Assembly (NCBI GenBank): GCA_965644495.1
Contig: CBFFSA010000015.1
Location: 186,001-250,000, forward strand
Length of the DNA: 64,000 bases
From: Perkinsela sp. CCAP 1560/9
Taxonomy: Eukaryota; Protista; Euglenozoa: Kinetoplastea
Direction: 5' to 3'
Position numbers and translations under genes: made by a program. The notes beneath the pieces are model-generated. The model ran no database searches. It saw only the letters and a program-made list of their open reading frames with translations, and had not been told where the DNA came from. Numbering within the stretch: the stretch's first letter is position 1; the number at the start of each line of letters is the position of its first letter. Positions 1 through 9,690 of this stretch are shown piece after piece.

Positions 1-2
1 AT

Positions 3-869
3 GTGAGGCAATATCTGAAAGCAAAAGAAACCAATAAAACCAAAATATTTACACCGAAAAAAAATATTTTACGTCGCAGAAAAAAAATAGTAACCATTAT
101 TTCACCAAAAGACCTTGCCGGAGTGCCGAAACACAGCAGCGCTAGATGCATGGCGGGGAGATTGAGTAAAAAGGGGGTACATGTCACAAAACGCACTGTT
201 CAACGTGACTTAAAAGCAATGAAATATACTTATTCCCCACGCCATGTTACTATGGCGTTGACCGAACGTCAGAAGGCTAAAAGGGTTGAGGTTGCCTTAG
301 CATGGAATGGGGATTCACGCATAATTGTATTTTCTGATGAAAAAATCTTTGATACTAATGACATGCGTAAGAAAATGTGGGTTGCCCCGGGCGAAAAGGC
401 TGCTTCAAGGCAGAAAATGCGTTGGGCCCCAAAATACCATGTGTGGGGTGCCACTGGAGTTGGGTGGCGTTATCTAGCTATTCTTCCCAATGACAGCTCA
501 ATTACGAGCGGAAAGTATATTAAAACCCTGCGTAAGACTCCTTTCCCCCGTAATTTTATTTTTCAACAAGATGGAGCAGGCGCACACACTGCAAAAATGA
601 CAAAGTCTTATCTTTTTGTATCAGAAATTCAGTATATCAAAAATTGGCCTGCCAACTCACCTGACCTCAATCCTATAGAAAATGTATGGGAAATGATACA
701 GCAACGAGTATGTGGAATGAACCCCTCCAGTACTACTTCGCTTATTAGGTGTGTAAAAAAAGCATTTGAAGAAATCTCCCGAAGGCAAGTAAATAAAACT
801 GTTTTAAGCTTCGATCGTCGACTAGAAGCCTGCGTAAAGCGCAAGGGAGAAAAAGTGAAAAAGTGGTAA
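3..869 (+). CDS. Tc1/mariner (IS630-Tc1-mariner) transposase, 5' end at the window edge
   Basis: Motifs IVFSDEKIF, FQQDGAGAH and WPANSPDLNPIENVW; 35 residues between the second D and the E. Confidence 0.9.
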   Translation: MRQYLKAKETNKTKIFTPKKNILRRRKKIVTIISPKDLAGVPKHSSARCMAGRLSKKGVHVTKRTVQRDLKAMKYTYSPRHVTMALTERQKAKRVEVALAWNGDSRIIVFSDEKIFDTNDMRKKMWVAPGEKAASRQKMRWAPKYHVWGATGVGWRYLAILPNDSSITSGKYIKTLRKTPFPRNFIFQQDGAGAHTAKMTKSYLFVSEIQYIKNWPANSPDLNPIENVWEMIQQRVCGMNPSSTTSLIRCVKKAFEEISRRQVNKTVLSFDRRLEACVKRKGEKVKKW

Positions 870-2018
870 TCGTCTACTTATATTTTACCTTATTCACCCC
901 GGGACAATTTTACAAGGTGCGCAAAGTCTATTCACTGAGATCTGCAAAATGCCACAAGAATTAGCTCAAACGGACTTACCATACAAATTTTAGAGGGGGG
1001 TGCTTTATTGTGTCGAGGGGTTTATAATAAGACGTGATTTAAACTTTGAATCATCATTTAAATTTTAAAGCAATGGTATAGTAAACTCCACCTTTTTTTT
1101 TTGCAAATAATTGGGGGGAATAGTATTGAGTCTTACTTTTTATGTATGGAGTCCAACTTTTCCACAATTTCCATTTTTTTTTGTGTTATTTTTAATTGGG
1201 GGGAATAGTGTTGAGTCTAACTTTTTATTTTCCACCACTTGGCTCTACCCACAACAGACACAGACCCCAGTGCCCTGAATAACACCATCTTCAAGACAAA
1301 GAAGGCATCCCTTTTGTTCATCTGGAGTCGGGCGCCACTTGCAGTAAACGCAAAAAGAAGGGCGGTTCGGACGCGAAATAGTGAACCGTGTCGTGGTCTG
1401 ACACTTTCCCAAGCATTGCTTTCGAAGAATGGAGGATTGCCTATTTATGAGTAAATACTATTAGGACTGTTTTTTACTTGTTCTATTTGTAAAAAAATCG
1501 ACATTCGAAAATGAATTGACACTGGAACTTTTGAAAGTCCTTTGAAAACTATGATTTATGATTTTCTTTAAAGTGGCTAACGCGTGACAGCCGAGCCTTG
1601 CACAGTCTCCATTGTTTTGGGATTCCCGATCATCCTGGGTTGAAATCACAAGGTCCTTCAACCGCAATATTTCACCAACATTGTTGCTCACAGACGGTTA
1701 AAAAATGTTTCTTTTAGAAATTGGGTGGAAAAAATGCAAAAATATAGAAATAATATTTCCATTTTTAAAATTGCTGCAACATAAAGAATTCTCAAATTTT
1801 TGTTTTCCTCTTTTTTGTTACACAAAAAAGTAAGTAAAAGCACGTAAAACTGGGTGGAAAATCGTTGCAAAGGCACCTCAATATGAAGCTGGGATGAAGA
1901 AATGAACAATATGAAAAATTCAAAAAAAAAGATTTTGAGGTACAATTTCGAATTTCAAAAGTGCCGAATCTCTGTACGGGGTATACGGTGCTACTTTCGT
2001 TTATTGATGAAGTGGAAC

Positions 2019-2338
2019 TTAATTTCTCATTTCGATGAGCATAGTGCTTCTCACTTCAAACTTCTCAAGAGTGTGAGGTAGGTTTTCTTTTACGTAAGAT
2101 CCTGAGAGCTTTTTATAATCACGAACAAAAATATTTACAAGGTTTGGGGGGAGAGAACCTAAATCTACACGTCCTTCAAAAAGATTCTCATGCAGGTAGA
2201 TGGAAGTCATGGAATTTGGTAATTTCTCTAAATTCGGTGTTCCACAAAAGGCATTGTGTCAAAGACTAATAAACTGAAGTTTTGTTGGGAGGTGGGTAAG
2301 ATCGAGATACCCTGATAACTTATTGCATTTCATATATT
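2019..2338 (-). pseudogene. 3' part of an LRR gene disrupted by LINE insertions
   Basis: Translates YMKCNKLSGYLDLTHLPTKLQFISL*HNAFCGTPNLEKLPNSMTSIYLHENLFEGRVDL with an in-frame TGA; continues from the LRR piece at 6525-6590. Confidence 0.8.
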
Positions 2339-2410
2339 GTATCATACAGGTAATCCTGCAGAGATTTATGTGGTGAAAACGCGCACTGAACGCGTTTTAG
2401 TCACCTGTTT

Positions 2411-5400
2411 CTATCCAGCGTCACCAAGAACGTTCTCCTCCATCCAATTTTTGCCATTGCGGTTTTGATATACTATGAAGCTCCCTCTCAGAGCCTTCAC
2501 GGTCATATTGCGCCGGCACTCAGCCACCAGCTCATCATTACCCACAAATAGAGAGTTCAGAGTTCGACCAGCACTGCTTATTTTTCCTCTCGCTCCGACT
2601 TCGAAAACGAGTAGGAAAGTGCTCGGGTTTGTGAGCTTGCGGGAATGGTAGAGATTTGTGTACTTGGCAGTTTTTCGTTCGTGTGCGTAGACAAAATTTT
2701 CCTCCCAGGGGCACGTCAATTCTATAATATACTCCTCCCCGTTGGACAGTTTCACCCACCCATCCGGTCGCAGCTCGGTGTCGAGTTCCGTGAGCCACGG
2801 AGGGGTAGAGCGAAAGTGAGGGAGGTCAAAGTGATATAGACTGGTCCCTTGGAATTTCTGCACAGAGTTTGCGAGGGCTTGTAGCACCATGTTATGTCGC
2901 AGAGTATATCGTCCTTGCTCGAGTGCTTTTCTACACCCGGAGAGAATATGTCGCGCGGTTTGCGTTTCAGTATCGCAGATGGGACACTTGTCGCTTGTGT
3001 GTGTCGATACGCCCCATTTGCGGAGAGACACTCTAGTAGGGAGTGGCGTTTCTGTGAGTACGGAAGCCGTAAATCGTGATAGCGATTCGCTTTTGAGATT
3101 ACATAGGGCGGCAGCGAAGTCCCTCGCGAGGTCTGCTTCCGTCGCTAAGCGGAACCATCTTCCCGCAACTGAAGTGCGCCTTTGCACGGCTTCCGAAAGA
3201 TGCCTCTCATATTCACTGTCGATAAGTCGTCGTACGTTATTGTGAGTTGAACCGAGTATGTCAGTCGGCGGACGAATGTACCCCGCTTTTCTCTTGTTTT
3301 CTTCTCTCCTGATGCGTTCTCGCAGGGCGTGCTGGACATCGGGATCGCGTGATTTCTCCATTTGTTCCACGGCGCTCGCGGTTGAAAGAAGCCATAGTTT
3401 GGATAAGCTCACGAGGTTCCAACCATGCTCGGAGTACAACAGTTCGCTTGTCGCGGATTTTGCTACATTTAACCATTTTCTGATTTCATTTGTAGCGCAT
3501 CGCTGGAGGCGCAGAACGTGGTTAAAAGTCAGACATGAATTGACAACAAAAGAGTAGCGAAGGCGGGAGATAAGGCGGGAGATACCATTATTGTATATCC
3601 AGAGTCGGGCGGGTAGGTCGTGGGCGCTGGAAGATACATGTATGTTGCGTAACCAGGTACGGAGTCGATTGCGTAGCTTTGGGAACAGAATTTTACCATA
3701 CTGGGCACCAGGTGCGAGAGTCATACCCAGGAATGTGCTACCATTATCGCATATTTGAGGAATAGGTGTTGCGTCAATCATTATCTGCGGTCGTCTTGTC
3801 ATGTAGCCTGAGTCTTGAGTCATTGCCATGTGTTGAATCCGACATTTCTTTGCGTTCAATTTCATTCCGATGCCGCCTAGAACTTTGACCAGTACGTTCG
3901 TGGCAATTTGCATTTCCTTTGGTGTGTTCGTGAGTATACTGAGGTCGTCAGCAAAGGCCTTCAGAGAGGTTTCCTTTCCATCCCAAGTGATTCCGTACTG
4001 TGGGCAACTTGAACGGATGAAGCGAAGAACCAATTCCATTGCCAAGTTGAATAAGATCGGCGACAGTGTATCTCCTTGTAATACTCCACGGCCGATCTCG
4101 AGCGACTTCGTAAGGCCTTCAGCACACTTGATTTGAATAGATGCTCCTTTATACAGCGCGCTGATATAGTTAATTAGAATTGGGGAGACACTGGCCCATT
4201 TTAGGGATTGTAACAGTACTGCGTGGGGGATAGATCCGAAAGCGTTCTTGATATCGAATTGTGCCAGTAAGTATTGCCGTTTGTGACGTCGTTGGTGTTC
4301 AAGGAGCTCGCATAAGACTTGTGTATGCTCGACGGTCCCATTCATGTGTGGTAGAAATCCTTTTTGTACTGATGTATCGAGCGCATGAGAATCCAAGGAA
4401 TGTTGAAGGATTCGGTGGCTCAGGATTGAATGGAAAAGTTTCCCTATGCAACTAGTTAAGCTTATCGGTCGCCAATTCTCCATAGTTGATGTAGGACCTC
4501 CTTTGTGTATGAGGCGAGTTACGGCAGATTTCCAGGTGGGGGGACAAACCCCGAATTTAAGGATGTCATTGAATACTTGAGCGATGTGGACAAAGATAGG
4601 GCTACAACGCTTGAGCAGAGCGTTGGATACAGTGTCTGATCCAGGAGCAGCGCCCGAGCGCTTGGAAGATACAGCAGATGCTATCATTTCGGCGTCAATA
4701 TCCGACCATGGTATGTCGATGTCAGGCCGTGGTCCCAAGAACTCGGCGGGGGGTATGCTGTGATTCTCTTCAGGTTTTGACAATGATGCCGCGAAGAAGT
4801 TCTCAACCTCTTGAAGAGGTACTGTAGGGTAAGACGTCTCGGGTTCCTGGATTGGGTCAGTGCGATCTAGGCATTCGCCCGCAGCTGTCCACGGGTTTCT
4901 CTGGAACCGAGTTAATGCCCATCGTCGATCGATTTCCCTCTTCTGTAGATTGGCTTCCTCCACGTACAACTTCAACGCTTTCTCTGCTTCCTTAATTTCT
5001 CCTCGCTGCTTGTTTCTCGCGACCCCCTTCATGAAGGTAAGTGCACGTTTGAGTTGACGAACATGTGTGCGAAGCCTCTTCGTGGTACGTTCGATGGCCA
5101 AGGGCCGCCAAGGGGGGATATTGCCATCTCTACTAACATGAGGTTCCGGGGAAGTGCGTGTATGAGAGAGTTCGTGGTTTACAGCCTGCGTACCGCTCAA
5201 GTTTCCTGTCTCGGATGGCCAGCTAGGGTGATACTGTGGTGATATTATGCTAGCATCGGCAGGAGATGTCCTCGTAAACAAATTCCTGAGTGACCATATT
5301 CGATTCTGACTGTTTTCTTCGACGATCATGACCCCTGTCTTGCAACATTGGTGTTTGCACTGAGTTTTATTGCTGCATATGTGCCGACACGGGCGACAGT

Positions 5401-6460
5401 TGGCCGTGTTTGCTGATATGGCGGACGACGGCGGATGACCGGTTGGCAGTTCCTCATACTGGGCCTCTTCGCTCGGTATGGCATCTGTCGAGACTTGCGG
5501 ATCGGTTTCTATCGATGTGGCTACTGTCGGTGGACTATGTGACCGTGTTAATGGTGACTCCCCGAGGTGCCGTTCTGGTCGAGGATTATCTGTAGCACCC
5601 GTGATGAGGACTCCTATTTTGCAGCACTGGTGCAAACAATTTGTCTTGTCGCGGCACGTATGCTTACAGGGCCTTCTGCCGGGAGCTAGTGAACTGTCTA
5701 TAGCCACGGCTTCCGAAGAGGGAAGAGGGACGCTAGGATGCACAGACCTTTCGGGTTTCACTTTGCAACATACGTGAAGACATGCTGCTTTGTCCCGGCA
5801 TTTATGGGCACAAGGGACACTTGGTTTAGTGGGCGGTAGTTTTGACACCTTGACGGGAGCATCACGGATTCTATATGGCGCGTCGTATGTGACCTCCGGG
5901 CAACGTTGGAGTTGTTCAACGGGTTGGGCCTTACGGGTCACGTGTGATATGCGGAATCGTCGTAAGCCTGGCACGTCACCGCCGCGCAATTTCTTTGTGA
6001 CGGCTTTGCCAAGCGCGTTCGAGGAGGAGTATTCTGTGTCAAGATGCATGTCGGAGTCTGTATAAGCAGAGCTCCAGCTCGTGTGATGAAATGTGCCACT
6101 AAGGTTTCCAATTTCATGGTACTCAACGTACTCGCATGCGTCGTTCTCGATGACATCTTGAGTGGTACACGTTTGTACTATCAGACCATCGCTCCTTTTG
6201 CTTCCCGACTTCAGGGTTTTTCCGAGGGAAGCTTCTGCTGTGTGCGTGCTTGAGAAAAACTCTCGTTCGGTAAGGGTGATGGCTGCGGCGTGCGTGTCGG
6301 GAAAATAGGACCACGAAACGCTATCAGAGGGGCGGATCTTCACTGGCAGCGCACGACTTCGGACGAAGTGAAAGTTCTGGGGGTGTCGCTGCGCGCTGAC
6401 AGGTCCTCGAGGGAGGCCGTCGTGCGCGTGGGGAGCTGGGGGTGTGACATTCGAGACCAT
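2411..6460 (-). CDS. 1349-aa retrotransposon protein: three Cys/His modules, reverse transcriptase, CCHC knuckle, restriction-like endonuclease
   Basis: NWRPISL, QKGF, DIKNAFGS, GVLQGDTLSP, FADD, CPIC..HILSGC, RHN, RPD, IIELTCPWEEN..K..KY; ORF uninterrupted. Confidence 0.95.
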   Translation of the reverse strand: MVSNVTPPAPHAHDGLPRGPVSAQRHPQNFHFVRSRALPVKIRPSDSVSWSYFPDTHAAAITLTEREFFSSTHTAEASLGKTLKSGSKRSDGLIVQTCTTQDVIENDACEYVEYHEIGNLSGTFHHTSWSSAYTDSDMHLDTEYSSSNALGKAVTKKLRGGDVPGLRRFRISHVTRKAQPVEQLQRCPEVTYDAPYRIRDAPVKVSKLPPTKPSVPCAHKCRDKAACLHVCCKVKPERSVHPSVPLPSSEAVAIDSSLAPGRRPCKHTCRDKTNCLHQCCKIGVLITGATDNPRPERHLGESPLTRSHSPPTVATSIETDPQVSTDAIPSEEAQYEELPTGHPPSSAISANTANCRPCRHICSNKTQCKHQCCKTGVMIVEENSQNRIWSLRNLFTRTSPADASIISPQYHPSWPSETGNLSGTQAVNHELSHTRTSPEPHVSRDGNIPPWRPLAIERTTKRLRTHVRQLKRALTFMKGVARNKQRGEIKEAEKALKLYVEEANLQKREIDRRWALTRFQRNPWTAAGECLDRTDPIQEPETSYPTVPLQEVENFFAASLSKPEENHSIPPAEFLGPRPDIDIPWSDIDAEMIASAVSSKRSGAAPGSDTVSNALLKRCSPIFVHIAQVFNDILKFGVCPPTWKSAVTRLIHKGGPTSTMENWRPISLTSCIGKLFHSILSHRILQHSLDSHALDTSVQKGFLPHMNGTVEHTQVLCELLEHQRRHKRQYLLAQFDIKNAFGSIPHAVLLQSLKWASVSPILINYISALYKGASIQIKCAEGLTKSLEIGRGVLQGDTLSPILFNLAMELVLRFIRSSCPQYGITWDGKETSLKAFADDLSILTNTPKEMQIATNVLVKVLGGIGMKLNAKKCRIQHMAMTQDSGYMTRRPQIMIDATPIPQICDNGSTFLGMTLAPGAQYGKILFPKLRNRLRTWLRNIHVSSSAHDLPARLWIYNNGISRLISRLRYSFVVNSCLTFNHVLRLQRCATNEIRKWLNVAKSATSELLYSEHGWNLVSLSKLWLLSTASAVEQMEKSRDPDVQHALRERIRREENKRKAGYIRPPTDILGSTHNNVRRLIDSEYERHLSEAVQRRTSVAGRWFRLATEADLARDFAAALCNLKSESLSRFTASVLTETPLPTRVSLRKWGVSTHTSDKCPICDTETQTARHILSGCRKALEQGRYTLRHNMVLQALANSVQKFQGTSLYHFDLPHFRSTPPWLTELDTELRPDGWVKLSNGEEYIIELTCPWEENFVYAHERKTAKYTNLYHSRKLTNPSTFLLVFEVGARGKISSAGRTLNSLFVGNDELVAECRRNMTVKALRGSFIVYQNRNGKNWMEENVLGDAG

Positions 6461-6496
6461 GCTCCGAAAGATAAGTTTAGTACAAAGTTAATAAAT

Positions 6497-6524
6497 CAAC
6501 AAGGTACAGAAACTGTATCTTTAT
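6497..6524 (-). other. Spliced-leader exon sequence (3' 28 nt) at the LINE 5' end, not followed by GT
   Basis: ATAAAGATACAGTTTCTGTACCTTGTTG contains the kinetoplastid SL core ACAGTTTCTGTAC..TTG; lies 36 nt before the ORF ATG. Confidence 0.85.
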
Positions 6525-6590
6525 GTAAGTTAGACTTTCTGGGAGATGGCAGAGATCTACAGTTCGCACAAACTGATTGTCAAAAATATA
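6525..6590 (-). pseudogene. Internal LRR gene fragment between two LINE insertions
   Basis: Translates YIFDNQFVRTVDLCHLPESLTY, one LRR unit that joins YMKCNKLSG at ~2338. Confidence 0.75.
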
Positions 6591-6591
6591 T

Positions 6592-7192
6592 TAATCATGC
6601 AGTTATACTGCAGAGATTAGCCCTAGGTAGGTAAGCACGCCCAAAACGTGCTACTTACTCGGGGATTACCACTTTATTGGAAGCCTTGCACCTCCCACGT
6701 GGGGTTGTCGCGGTGCTGGTAGATAACAAAGCTTCCCCGGAGTGCCCGCTGGACCATTCTCTCCCTGCACTCGGAGGCAAGGCTCTTGCATCCTCCGAAG
6801 AGAGAGTTCAGCGCGCGGGTTGTGGCGTTTAACTTTCCTCTTGCCCGAACTTCAAAAACCAGGTGGAAGGTGGAAGGGTTTTTTAATTTCCTCTGGTTAT
6901 AGATGTGAGAGTATTTACGAATCTTACGCTCGTGTGCGTCCGTGAAGTTTTCTTCCCAAGGGGAAGTCAGCTCAATGATGTATTCCGACCCGTTGTGCAA
7001 CTTCACCCACCCGTCTGGTCTCAATTCAGTTTGTTGCGAGAGCCAGGCGGGAGGGTTCCTGTGGAGGTACAGGTCGAAGTGCGAATGGGCCGCTGATGGT
7101 GATGCTGCTACGGTGTCCGCTAGTGTGAGCAGGATAAGGTCGTGTCGGTAAGTGAATCGTCCCTGACTGAGCGCAATTGGGCACCCAAAAAG
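6592..7192 (-). mobile_element. 5'-truncated copy of a related LINE (RLE domain plus 3' UTR; LINE copy 3)
   Basis: GCPIALSQGRFTYRHD, RPDGWVKL, IIELTSPWEEN; same 3' UTR structure as copies 1 and 2. Confidence 0.88.
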
Positions 7193-7337
7193 TTAGCCTA
7201 TGGTCACTTATCGTGACGGGGGGTTTATATACACTTACACTTATAATTTATATACACATATTTGCTACTTTCGCTTATAAGGTCAGTAAAAAAACCTTTC
7301 GAATGTCTCGATTTTTTTTCTTTTGTATACAGCCATT

Positions 7338-7836
7338 CACGTTGTTTATCATGCGCTCTTTGGCGCAGAGATAATCCCCTTAATGCGACGGCCGATATCA
7401 TCGGCACATAATCCGCCCACAACGGATGTCGCCAAAGGGGGTTCGACACGGACTCGGTCGGTAGAGGTGGTCCAGGCAACTCACCACCTCTTTACGCAGC
7501 CGGAGGGGCGCACTGCAACCGACCGCTGCCTCGCGATAATGCGAGGCAGAGTCACGCCCAGTGGTCCTCAAGGGAGGCCACCATGGCGCATAGCTCCCGG
7601 GAAGAGACAGGCGCGAGAAGAAGAAAGCCGGGGAGGGAAGAAAACTCACTCAAGGAGTGAGCCGGGGAGGGGTGAAAAGTCGGAAGTACGTCCCCTACTT
7701 CCACGACAAGAGGGACAGTCCCTGCTAGCCGTCAGCCGGAAACGGGCATTTAAAAGGAAAATGTATGCCCGTTTCCGGGAAAAGAAAGGAAGGGCTAGCA
7801 AAATGTACCAACAAGGTACAGAAACTGTATCTTTAT
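7338..7836 (-). mobile_element. SL-RNA-headed, highly structured non-autonomous retroelement (candidate SINE)
   Basis: Interrupts one Tc1 TIR while the other TIR gives the empty site; SL 28-mer plus GT at the 5' end; LINE-type 3' structure at 7348-7441. Confidence 0.8.
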
Positions 7837-8057
7837 ATTAATTATCACTGTTGCGCTGGTAATGTGTGCTAGTAGTGTCGGCATGAGTGTCACCTAATAG
7901 TACCCATAGGTAGTTCACCTCAGTTCGTTCTGCCCAAGAATTAAGAATGAATTTAAAAAAAAAGCATTCGAAAGATTTTTTTGCTACCTAACATAAATAA
8001 AATATAGCATCAAAAAAAAGATAAAAAAGAATTGCCCAAGAGAGTATATGCCCACAA

Positions 8058-8935
8058 ATTTAATACTTTGTATTCCCCCACGCGCCTTCAACACTGCCTT
8101 CATGCGGGCAGGCATGCTGTCCACCTGGGTACGACATACTGAGGCCGGTATGTTCGCCCACTCCTTCTTAACCCTCTCCCACAACTCTCGGACCCCACTT
8201 GGCGGATCATCGTGGTCCGCAAGGCGCCGCTTGAGCTCCCCCAAAACATTCTCGATGGGGTTTAAGTCAGGGGACTGCGGGGGCCACCGCATGACTTCAA
8301 ACCCGGTACCCTGGAGGTGCCGTTGCGCACACCGGCTGGTATGCTTGGGGTCGCTATCCTGTTGGGAGATAACTTTTCCAGGATCCAAGCCCATGCCATC
8401 AATTGATGGGACAAAATTTTCCTGTAAAATCTCGATGTACTGCTCTGCATTCAAGTTCCCTTGAACTAGACGCACATGTCTCACACCACTTCGGGACATA
8501 CACGCCCAAATCATTACATGACCCCCTCCATATTTGACCGTAGGGATCACCCCCTTTTCCCCCAGTTCCTCCCCTGGGGTCCCCCATGTCCATGACTCCC
8601 CCCCGTCTCAAAGCGCCAGATCTTGGTCTCGTCCGACCACACTACTGGCTCTCAATCATGGACTGTCCAGTGCTCATGGGCAGTAGCGTAGTCCATCCGA
8701 AGCTTTCTATGTCGCTTGGACAAGTACGGCTTTCGGACACGCTTCCTTCCCTTGTGTCCGAAGCGTTTCATCGAAACGCGGATGGATTGTGGGACGACAT
8801 CCACAACACCCTCCTGGCGGAGTTGAGAGGAAACCTCGCGCGCAGACTTACCCGAAAACACAAGTCGTCGCAGCGCGTCGTGCGCACGACTCGGAAATCT
8901 TGCGAGGGTGACCCCTCTTTAGCCTGCGAGTAGCA
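8058..8935 (-). pseudogene. Degenerate Tc1 (DD34E) transposase
   Basis: TVKYGGGHVMIWACM, QQDSDPKH, WPPQSPDLNPIEN; stops and frameshifts. Confidence 0.88.
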
Positions 8936-8993
8936 GGTCTTTCTGCCTTTAATACTTTAGAAACTGTAGATATGCTTAGATTTAAATTACCAG

Positions 8994-9214
8994 AAATCTA
9001 ACTCATCGAAAACCCGCTATCATAAAGCTCCGAAATGCGCGTTTGTAAGTACCGTGGTGTGGACCTCACACAGAGTGCAAAAATTAATCAAGAAAGTAAT
9101 AGTGTAAATTTAAATTAATCCAAAGTTTCTTCTTTTCTACGAGGCCCACGCCACGGTACTTACAAACGCGAATTTCGGAGCTTTATGATAGCGGGTTTTC
9201 GATGAGTTAGATTT
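8994..9214. repeat. Foldback: ~75-bp inverted repeat with ~72-bp spacer
   Basis: AAATCTAACTCATCGAAAACCCGCTATCATAAAGCTCCG... versus ...CGGAGCTTTATGATAGCGGGTTTTCGATGAGTTAGATTT. Confidence 0.8.
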
Positions 9215-9221
9215 TTTTTTG

Positions 9222-9690
9222 CTTTCGAAAATCGAGCGCAGGGAAGTGGTAGAGTATGCCGCAGCGATAATTTTCCACCCCCCCCCTGATACGCGCAGGA
9301 GGGGTCCGACAAGGTTAAAATTTCTGAAATTTTTGGGGCAACCAAAAATTTTTTTTTGTTTCAAAAAAAAGTAAAAATATTATTTTTCCAAAATCGACTC
9401 CTAAAACGTATTTGGAGAGTTTGGGACCTCAGCTACCATTCTACGACGTTTTTTCCGACAGATTCGACTCCTGCCCCTACTGGTAAAGCATCAAAAACGG
9501 CACAAAATCGGGTTAAATTTTCGCAAAAATCGAGCTTTTTCACCCAAAAAAATAGGTTATTCATGATCTTTTGGCAATTTTTCTTTTATGGGCTCTTCGT
9601 TAAACGCGGTGGTAGTTTTCAACGCAAAGCGCGCAGCATGAGTGACTTCTAAGTTGAAAATAACCGCCGCGTTTAACGAAGAGCCTAAAA
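9222..9690 (+). repeat. Repeat family A, partial copy (large terminal hairpin end)
   Basis: Near-identical to 39115-39592. Confidence 0.8.

Larger units (their letters stand above)
2339..6524 (-). mobile_element. Full-length non-LTR retrotransposon (R2 group, HERO-like) with SL sequence at its 5' end (LINE copy 1)
   Basis: Single RT+RLE ORF, structured 3' UTR, 28-nt SL head, LRR coding sequence on both flanks. Confidence 0.9.

Noticed and set aside
2250-2265. In-frame TGA in the LRR fragment as a sign of stop-codon reassignment
   Set aside because: The gene is already broken by insertions, and TGA terminates intact genes such as RPB8 and several LRRs
6525-6531. AACTTAC as the first bases of a complete 35-nt SL exon
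   Set aside because: These bases read in frame as LRR codons (..ESLTY) and are absent from the second SL copy, so they are assigned to the target; coincidental similarity to an SL 5' end is not excluded
7323-7841. 172-aa plus-strand ORF over the SL-headed element
   Set aside because: No recognisable domain; spans the insertion junctions and is antisense to the SL
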